A stretch of 64,000 nt of DNA, taken from positions 124,001 to 188,000 of the forward strand of contig CP060757.1 in assembly GCA_023205875.1 (NCBI GenBank), given 5' to 3'. Position numbers and translations under genes: made by a program. Source of the DNA: Chloropicon primus. Taxonomy: Eukaryota. Shown here in pieces: positions 55,669-64,000 of this stretch (the stretch's first letter is position 1; every line of letters begins with the position of its first letter). The notes under the pieces were generated by a model. It saw only the letters and a program-made list of their open reading frames with translations, was not told where the DNA came from and did no database searches.

Positions 55669-56811
55669 CTAAGCTGCGGAATGGAAGTACTTGTGGGTCC
55701 ACGTGTCTGCCTTGTTACGCGCGTGCGGGTTCGGCTGCACGCCAATCTGCGACGCGTGCAGCTTCAGGCACGTCTTCCCAGGCTGCGACTCCGATTGCAG
55801 GTACCCTTTCGCCTCCAGCTCTGCCGCGGGGATGATCCAAAAGTATGCTTTGTCTTCCACCCACGCCACCGCCACTAGCTCGTCGAACGCCCCTGCCGGG
55901 TAAGGATCTTTCATCTGCTTGCCCGCCTCGTCACGCCCGGCGTAGGTGTACAGGTTGCACATAAACCCGGCGGCGCCGTTAGACGCCGCGCGCGCCGTCT
56001 TGAACTGCTGGCGCGTCGTCGCATCCTTGAGCAGGTCGACTTGGGTGTTCTGTCCCTCGGGGAAGGCGTAGCGGTGCTTTGGGAAGCTCGCCTTGAACGC
56101 GTCGATGCCGCGCATCTCGACCGCGTGGACCTCGGACGCGAAGTCGTGCCGCGCGGCGTGCTCGGTGACGGTCGTCCACCGACACAGATGGGCCTGGGCC
56201 TGGGCCTGCTCGCTCAGCCACTGCACGAGCGCGGCGAGGTTGAGGCCACGCGCGAGCGCGAGCTCACAGTTCTTGCGGAGGGGGGTGACGCTCAGGTCCA
56301 GCTTGCCGCGCTCGTTCAGCGCGTTGCCGTTGTACACCCACGCATCGCCGACGTCGCACCGCCAGCACACCACACACATCCCCGAGTAGCCGGTGACGTT
56401 GTGGAAGTACCACATATTCGGTTCACCCTTCTTGGCGCCGCTCGTCGTCTTGAGCTGCACCGGCAGCCACGCGTCCTCCTCGCTCAGGCGGAGGAGGACG
56501 TCGGCTTTCGTGCCGTCGTTTAGCACGAGCGCCGTTCTCCTCCCGGGGATGGTCGCCTGCCATCTGGCGACGAGGGCGAGCGCCACTTTGCGCTCCGTGG
56601 CGGAGTTCCGGCCGTAGATCGCCAGGTTGCGGGCGCGCTTCCCCGCGAGCGCGGCTCGGGCGGTCGCCCTCTTCTTGAGTTTGCCCGCGCGGTACGACTT
56701 GTGGGCGGCGACGGGCTCCGCCACGGTGGCGAAGTATTCCTTGGGGCGACCGATACGCACTCCGTACTTCTTCTTCTTGCGGCGCTTGTCAATGAACACC
56801 CCCTTGGGCAT
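55669..56811 (-). CDS. Putative selfish endonuclease: AP2-like N-terminus + tandem PD-(D/E)XK-like domains
   Basis: Intronless 380 aa. Domain 1 TE..KADVLL..VQLKT; domain 2 VE..VDLL..QQFKT..PY..FDEL..FWIIP. GC-rich with CGC-dominated Arg codons, unlike its neighbours. Confidence 0.65.
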   Translation of the reverse strand: MPKGVFIDKRRKKKKYGVRIGRPKEYFATVAEPVAAHKSYRAGKLKKRATARAALAGKRARNLAIYGRNSATERKVALALVARWQATIPGRRTALVLNDGTKADVLLRLSEEDAWLPVQLKTTSGAKKGEPNMWYFHNVTGYSGMCVVCWRCDVGDAWVYNGNALNERGKLDLSVTPLRKNCELALARGLNLAALVQWLSEQAQAQAHLCRWTTVTEHAARHDFASEVHAVEMRGIDAFKASFPKHRYAFPEGQNTQVDLLKDATTRQQFKTARAASNGAAGFMCNLYTYAGRDEAGKQMKDPYPAGAFDELVAVAWVEDKAYFWIIPAAELEAKGYLQSESQPGKTCLKLHASQIGVQPNPHARNKADTWTHKYFHSAA

Positions 56812-56820
56812 GGTCGCGCT

Positions 56821-56886
56821 CCGTCTTGAACTGCTGGCGCGTCGTGGCATCCTTCAGCAGGTCGACGTGTGTGTTCTGTCCCTCGG
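56821..56886 (-). repeat. 66-bp diverged copy of 55995-56060 (nuclease catalytic-motif coding fragment)
   Basis: Ungapped alignment with 62/66 identical positions. Confidence 0.92.
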
Positions 56887-57191
56887 CCTCGACGCCCGTC
56901 CGTTACTTTTAGTTTTTTCAAAATTCCCGCCAAAAGCCATGGGATCACTTTTGGAAAAAACACAGCTTTTGTAGTATTTATAAACTCCCCTTTTGTTGCC
57001 GCTCTTATTTTCTCAGGCTCGGGAGAGTCCACCTTTGCTTCCCCTCCCTCCACGGCGCGGAGATAGTTATTGATAAGTAGCGGCCCAGCTTCAAAATCAA
57101 CTTTAAGTTCACCCCCACTTGAGCTTGAGTGGAGCTGCTTCTGCTTCACCCCCTGGAGAAGAACTTAAGTTGAGTGAGCTTGTTGAGCAGG

Positions 57192-57797
57192 ATGTCTTTC
57201 CTAGTGGAGGGCGCCAAGTCCACCCTGGGGAAAGCGAAAGAGGTGTCCTCCAACTTGCTGAGGTCTTCCAAGCCTTGGGTGGAGTTTGTCGATAGGAAGT
57301 CCTTCTCCAAGCCAGAGTCTTTGACGAACGCCGTGGGAAGAGTTCGCAAGAATGTAGCATATTTTGGAGTCAACTACTTGCTCCTCATGCTTGTTGTTTT
57401 AGTTCTGTATCTTATAGCAAAGCCGAGCTCCATCATTTGGCTACTACTTCTCAGTGCCATGTGGCTCTACGTCATGGCCGTGAACCCGGGACCTGTGACG
57501 ATTGGTGGCCGGACGTTCAGCCAGATGGAGAAGCTCATAGGGGCATCCGTCGTGAGCGTCTTGGCCATCTTCTACTTCTCCGAGGTGGGATCCATCCTCC
57601 TGTACGCTGCACTCTCTGGGGTGGGACTGATATGCATTCACGGGGCCGTGAGGACGCCAGAGAACCTTTTCTCGGACGACGGTTCCCCCGCACCGGGCGT
57701 GGAAACCAACCAGAGCTTCCTCACCACATTCAGTGGAGCCTTCTCCAACCTTATGAAGAACACCAACGCACCCAACGCGGCGGAGGCTGCGGTGTGA
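57192..57797 (+). CDS. PRA1: PRA1 (prenylated Rab acceptor) family protein
   Basis: KPWVEFVDRKSFSKP..RVRKNVAYFGVNY, four TM segments, HGAVRTPENLF. Confidence 0.92.
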   Translation: MSFLVEGAKSTLGKAKEVSSNLLRSSKPWVEFVDRKSFSKPESLTNAVGRVRKNVAYFGVNYLLLMLVVLVLYLIAKPSSIIWLLLLSAMWLYVMAVNPGPVTIGGRTFSQMEKLIGASVVSVLAIFYFSEVGSILLYAALSGVGLICIHGAVRTPENLFSDDGSPAPGVETNQSFLTTFSGAFSNLMKNTNAPNAAEAAV

Positions 57798-57890
57798 ACA
57801 ACCGGAAAAAGGCAATAATAATATTTGTTACACACACCTACCTCATCGGACCAGCGAGGATATTATGGAAGAGCCAAACGCGTTTGCCGC

Positions 57891-59409
<1,519 letters not shown>

Positions 59410-59987
59410 TCACTGAGTGAGCCCACCAACTCCACCCCAACTCGTGAAAGAGACGGACAAAGGTTTGATCTCTGAAAAGTACCCACTTTGTTCTTGCCCG
59501 AGAGGAAGAGAGGGGTGGAGGACCGCAAGACGGGAAGCGTCTTGTCGAGAGCTTTCTTTGAAGCCGTCACTCGAAGGATTTGGTGGTCTGTGGAGGATTT
59601 GACAAGGAATGATACCGAGATGGTTGTCTGAAGCAGGAGGGTGGTGAGGCCAGTTCGCGAAGGAATTGGAGGCGAGGACGAGGAGGGAGGCGGAGTAAAG
59701 GTTGACCAGAGGAAGATTTATATCGAGAGGTTTCGAGAGTGCTTCAGCTCGAAGGAAATGGACCAGGATTGAGGATTCTGTCGACTGAGATCCCTGGCAG
59801 GAACAGGTGTTTGGCCAGACGTGGGGTTTGATTGATGCGGTAGCAGGCGAGGGTGGAGGAGGAAGAGAGAGGGGAAGAGAAATCGCAAAAGCGCGTCCCA
59901 AGATCTTTCGACTGGTACTCTCGATGGAAAGAAATGGACCAGGATTGAGGATCATCTCGAGTGGCTTGAGTCCGGGGGAGCTGAGGG

Positions 59988-60875
59988 ATGAAGGGCGGTG
60001 ATGATGGCGAGGAGGAGCTCTTCTCTGCGTTGTCGGAGAGGGGGGGCGGGCGAGACAAGATCTTTCGCTTCGGAGACCTCCCTGGACGCCTCCAAACGTC
60101 CCTGATCCGCGTTTTGCTCGAGCCCCTGCTGCTCAAGAGCGAGAGGGGAAAGAAGAAAGTGGGGCGGGGGGAACGCACGGACCTGTGGGTTTCGGCGATT
60201 CGATGCTTTAGGTTTTTCTCCCGACCGCGAGGGGACGCCTACAGTACCTGCCAATCGGCGTGCCTGTGCAGGATGCTTGTTGCTTCTGGGGCGAGCCTGA
60301 GCGTGAAGGCGTCACAGAATTTGATGGGAATGATGAAAGCCGCATTCGTCGAGGCCACAAAGCAGCAGGAACAAAGAAACTCGGTGACGCTGGGAATGGT
60401 TGTCGAGGTGGCAGCTGCCTGCCTTGCATTGCCTGCCCACGAAAACATTCCTCTGTTGTACAGCATAGTATACAACAGCGATATAATCGCGGAGATGCGG
60501 AAGCACGACGGACTTCTGTCGTCGTCACACTCTTCGCAGCCAGCCTTCCGTCTCCTGGAGCAGACCTCGAACTTTTTCTCGTCCTTGGTTGACTCCCTGG
60601 GTGCAAAGCAGCTCGATCTGAAGCAGGTGCAGGAGATCATCGCGTCCAATGTCGGGGAGTGGGCTCGCGCCGTTCCGCCTGCGCTGCCGCCCGTGGAGAT
60701 TTCTTGCCTGCTGGAGGAGCACCACGACGGCCAAATATATTTCACGGTGTTTGACTCGTCCACCTCGTCCACCATCCACTTTGCCCACGAAAGCAAGGCA
60801 AAGGTTGGCACCCTGGCCCTCGATTTGGATGACTCTGACCGCTCGCAGGCGACGGCGTTTGCTGACTTGGTATGA
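59988..60875 (+). CDS. Dymeclin/HID1-like protein (C-terminal-region homology only)
   Basis: RGDAY..ACLCRML..ASQNL and VEVAAACL..ENIPLLYSIVY..SNFFSS..LKQVQEII..EE..YF resemble the dymeclin C-terminal half. Confidence 0.5.
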   Translation: MKGGDDGEEELFSALSERGGGRDKIFRFGDLPGRLQTSLIRVLLEPLLLKSERGKKKVGRGERTDLWVSAIRCFRFFSRPRGDAYSTCQSACLCRMLVASGASLSVKASQNLMGMMKAAFVEATKQQEQRNSVTLGMVVEVAAACLALPAHENIPLLYSIVYNSDIIAEMRKHDGLLSSSHSSQPAFRLLEQTSNFFSSLVDSLGAKQLDLKQVQEIIASNVGEWARAVPPALPPVEISCLLEEHHDGQIYFTVFDSSTSSTIHFAHESKAKVGTLALDLDDSDRSQATAFADLV

Positions 60876-60950
60876 AGAAGTAATTGTATTGTGTTCAAAA
60901 TATAATGATGTGCGGAGCGACGGGGCACGGAAACCCATTTGCACTACATT

Positions 60951-63293
60951 CTAAATTCTCTTCACGCCCCAAGACCTGGTTCTCTTCCTTCGCTTCCTGC
61001 TCACAAATGTTTGCGAGTTTTCCGCGAAGTGCCTCTGCCTCCTGTAAGCGTTCCAGTTCTCCAAAATTTTGGACGAATCCCACGTGGACCCGGTGAGCAA
61101 GGTGCTGCTGCCGGTCCGGGGGGGTGGACGCTGCTGGGACCCCAGAAGGCTTTCCCTGGCATTCCAAGAGGCGCCTTGCCTTTGAAAAACATTCGACGGA
61201 TCGTCGAAGCATGAATCGAAGAAATCGTCTGCGAGGTCTTCCCTCGATGCGCACGGAGGCGGCGGCGAGTGGCGAGCGGGAAAGCTTTTCTTGCCGTCCC
61301 TGGGGGGAAGCCCAGGCGAGAAGTCTTCCTTGTCGATCCAAGATTCAAAATCTAGACCAGTGACGTGCGATCCCTTCCTCTGAGCGCGTGAGCCGCTGAG
61401 ATGTGTCCTTTCGGGCGTCCCAGTGAGTCCGTCGAACGGCCAGCTGAAAGGGCTGTGCGCGCGAGGCGGCTCCACCTCGTAAAAATCTCCAAGCAGGTCC
61501 CGACCAAAATCGTCGTGATTCCTCGACACGTCTTGCCTCCCCGCCGGGTCCGAATCTCTCGCAGGCGTGAAGCCAAAGCTGTTGCCCCCGGAGTACTCTC
61601 TGGAACCCACCGAATTGCTGTGAATCTGGTCACAGCTGTGAGTCTGGGCATTTTTTTGATCCAAATCCTCCACAGACGACGCAGCCTTCCTCCCCACCTT
61701 TCTCCTGGTGTTGCGGCTCGTCTCTACGTCAAAGCTTTGTTTGGGCTGATGGAGAGACCCGTGCGGAGAGACCGCGCACGGCCTGGGCCGCCGCGCACCA
61801 GTCATGGCATCACTGCTTTGAGCACCGGCACCGCGCGGCTCAAGCCCGTCATATCCTGGATCGCACTCCCGCCTCACAAGCATGTGAAACTTCATGGGCT
61901 TCGCACGAAACAAAGATCTTGACGAAGTTCTCGTCTCAAAGCACTCCAGAACCCCTCCGTCCCCCACATCCCTCCCGTGCTCCTCGATGAGGCTCCAGTC
62001 GAGGTACATCATAGCTCTGCTGGGGGAAGCCATCTTTTGGCAGAAATCCATAGTTCCCGTGGATCGCAGGCTTTTGCTCCAGCTCCCCAGCACCGGGAGA
62101 CCGTTCAGCTCAGGGCGGGAGCGGTTTCCTATGTAAGGCGATTCGCAACACGCGAGAAAGACGTCCTTGCACAAGTTGTCAGAAAGTGATGCGCCGTCCA
62201 CCAAAAATGGTGGGAGCGCGCAAGCGTGGTCTGCTGGCAGCGTCTTTTCGACCCCTTTCAAGAGGTCCCCTCCGCGTTGAATCGCCTGGACTGGGTCCGT
62301 GTAAAGCTTGGACTCTTGCCGAACGAGCACGCTGCGAATTCCTCGGAACGGGTGCGGTGGAAGCGGGTCTTCCTCGAGTATCGCTGCGTGCACATCCACT
62401 GGATTTGAAGACTCGAGATCGGAGCGGGCAGCCTGGCCTCCCATTTCATCGCTGATCTCATATCTTTGCAGAACAGCGAGAAAGTCTTCGCCTTGGCCGT
62501 CTTGCGGGGCGCTTAGCGCACCGCGGCCCCAAGATAAAGGACCTCCCAGCGTGGAGGAGTGGCCTTGTTGCCAGGACAAGTTTGTCTCGAGCATGCACAC
62601 CAGACGCACAGTGTTGTCCCTAACCAGTGGAGTTCCTTCCGAACCAATAGCCTCCGCGAGAATCTGCAAGGAGCGCTTGGGAGGGCTGCTGGCTTTGAGC
62701 GGACCAGGCGCGTCGGCGGCTTGCAGCTCAACCCTTTGCATTCCCACCTGGTCCGAGAGCGTAACGCTTCCCTCTTCCCAATCTCCTTTCTGGCCAAGGA
62801 GGCCGCGCTCACTTCCGATCCCGGCCAGGTCTCTGTGGGTCGCGCGGAAGTCTTCGAAGGACAGCTTAGCGAGGGAAGCGAATTGGCGAAGCATTACGAT
62901 GCCCTCCTCCTCATTCCGGTCATGCTCCTCCTCCAGCGCGAGTGCCACCACGGCCCTCGTGCGAGGACTCGGTTGCCAGAGGGGAAGCCCTCCCTCGCAT
63001 GGCACTCCCCCCACCAGCTCCTGAAACGTGGCGCGTTCCGTTTTGTCCGCGAGCATCCCGTCGAGAGCTTCTTCCACGTGAGAGGCGGCATAGTTGACGG
63101 CAGGCTCAGGGCAGGGCCTGAAGGTGCTGCGCTCCCCTTGGACCACAAAGTTCGTCGCATCAGTGAGAACGAAGTCGTACACTTGGGGAACGAGAAGGGG
63201 CTTGCTCGTGCGGCTCTCCCTTCGTCCCCTGAACGCCGGGAGGTCATTCACCGGCGAGGAAAAAGCTTGGTGAGGCAACACCACCCTCCTCAT
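60951..63293 (-). CDS. Uncharacterised 780-aa protein (weak SHOC1-like motif)
   Basis: Long ORF starting with ATG, convergent with the upstream gene, largely low-complexity C-terminal half. Confidence 0.65.
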   Translation of the reverse strand: MRRVVLPHQAFSSPVNDLPAFRGRRESRTSKPLLVPQVYDFVLTDATNFVVQGERSTFRPCPEPAVNYAASHVEEALDGMLADKTERATFQELVGGVPCEGGLPLWQPSPRTRAVVALALEEEHDRNEEEGIVMLRQFASLAKLSFEDFRATHRDLAGIGSERGLLGQKGDWEEGSVTLSDQVGMQRVELQAADAPGPLKASSPPKRSLQILAEAIGSEGTPLVRDNTVRLVCMLETNLSWQQGHSSTLGGPLSWGRGALSAPQDGQGEDFLAVLQRYEISDEMGGQAARSDLESSNPVDVHAAILEEDPLPPHPFRGIRSVLVRQESKLYTDPVQAIQRGGDLLKGVEKTLPADHACALPPFLVDGASLSDNLCKDVFLACCESPYIGNRSRPELNGLPVLGSWSKSLRSTGTMDFCQKMASPSRAMMYLDWSLIEEHGRDVGDGGVLECFETRTSSRSLFRAKPMKFHMLVRRECDPGYDGLEPRGAGAQSSDAMTGARRPRPCAVSPHGSLHQPKQSFDVETSRNTRRKVGRKAASSVEDLDQKNAQTHSCDQIHSNSVGSREYSGGNSFGFTPARDSDPAGRQDVSRNHDDFGRDLLGDFYEVEPPRAHSPFSWPFDGLTGTPERTHLSGSRAQRKGSHVTGLDFESWIDKEDFSPGLPPRDGKKSFPARHSPPPPCASREDLADDFFDSCFDDPSNVFQRQGASWNARESLLGSQQRPPPRTGSSTLLTGSTWDSSKILENWNAYRRQRHFAENSQTFVSRKRRKRTRSWGVKRI

Positions 63294-63657
63294 CCTTGTG
63301 CTAGACTGAGTGCTAGACTATCACCGATCGGTCGATCGATCGATCGCAAAAAGCGTTACGTGACGTCCTCGGCGATCCTCTTTCCGGCTCCAGCCTCGCC
63401 AAGGGCCGCCGCCGCCGCCGCCGTCGTCGTCCTCGTCGTTGTGTTCTCCTCTCCTCCTTGGGCGATCGATCGATCGAAGCTTTTCTTCCTGATCGATCGA
63501 TCGATCGCGATCGGTGGAGGAGGAAGGAAGAAGCTTGGGACCTTTTTGTAATACAAATCAATCATAAGTTTGTGTTTTAAAGTATATGATTGGGGCCGCA
63601 GAACGGTGAGCAAGGCCACTGGAGTTGTTGTTGTTGTTGTTGTGCAAGCGTTGGACT

Positions 63658-64000
63658 TTACTGAGTCTTCTTTTGAGGCTTGACGTACTCGTCGTCCTCC
63701 GAGTCGCTGCGGCTGTCGTCGGTCTTTCCGTTGTTGGAGATGGACTTGATCGCAACCTTGACGATGAGGTAGAACCAGTACGTGTGAATGGGGATCAGCA
63801 GGCACAGGAGACCCATCGAGAAGATCTCCGAGGGGTAGTACAGGTTCCTCTGGTACCCTGGCCCGAAAAAGATGGTGTAGTAGCACAGCATCGGGTACAT
63901 GATCAACCTGGTGACAAAGAAGGCCAAAGCAAATGGAACGAACAAGGCGGTAGCGCCGAGCTCCGATCCGCAGTACTTGAAGAGCTTGGCGAACTGCAGC
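63658..64000 (-). CDS. Ceramide synthase (LAG1/TLC domain), 3' part
   Basis: LQFAKLFKY..FFVTRLIMYP..IHTYWFYLIVKV..DDSRSDSEDDE. Confidence 0.9.
   Translation of the reverse strand, partial: LQFAKLFKYCGSELGATALFVPFALAFFVTRLIMYPMLCYYTIFFGPGYQRNLYYPSEIFSMGLLCLLIPIHTYWFYLIVKVAIKSISNNGKTDDSRSDSEDDEYVKPQKKTQ

Noticed and set aside
55640..57190. DNA transposon with TIRs/TSD or Fanzor/TnpB element
   Set aside because: No terminal inverted repeats, target-site duplication, DDE/Y1 transposase or RuvC/zinc-finger motifs could be identified.

Overview
Gene-dense eukaryotic nuclear DNA from a compact green-algal genome. It has short GT-AG introns, tiny convergent intergenic gaps, GA/CT microsatellites near gene starts, and plastid genes (MinE, PGRL1-like) alongside ciliary genes (CEP104). 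The style suggests a picoplanktonic chlorophyte such as Chloropicon, which is an inference. About 32 protein genes can be modelled: OGFOD1/TPA1, AP2/ERF TF, PGRL1-like, NOC3, a glycosyltransferase, SANT-RING-PHD, a nucleotide-sugar transporter, ABCG, a CS-domain co-chaperone, HSF, RING, SMYD, PEX5, TTI2-like, threonine synthase-like, HNH, PAS1-like FKBP, MinE, PRMT4, PDAP1, RpoT, biotin ligase, CEP104, a four-domain cation channel, PRA1, RlmN, dymeclin-like and ceramide synthase, plus unknowns. The most unusual item is an intronless, compositionally foreign gene (55669-56811, minus strand) encoding an AP2-like N-terminus plus two tandem PD-(D/E)XK-type nuclease domains. Immediately upstream of it lie a 66-bp diverged copy of its own catalytic-motif coding sequence and an AT-rich block, consistent with a selfish or virus-derived nuclease element. 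Also notable are an oriented dispersed 43-72 bp element and (GATC)n arrays in head-to-head promoters, a CEP104 with TPRs in place of zinc fingers, and a channel with an E-E-D-E filter. No rRNA, tRNA or CRISPR array was recognised. All family assignments are from motif recognition, not database searches.
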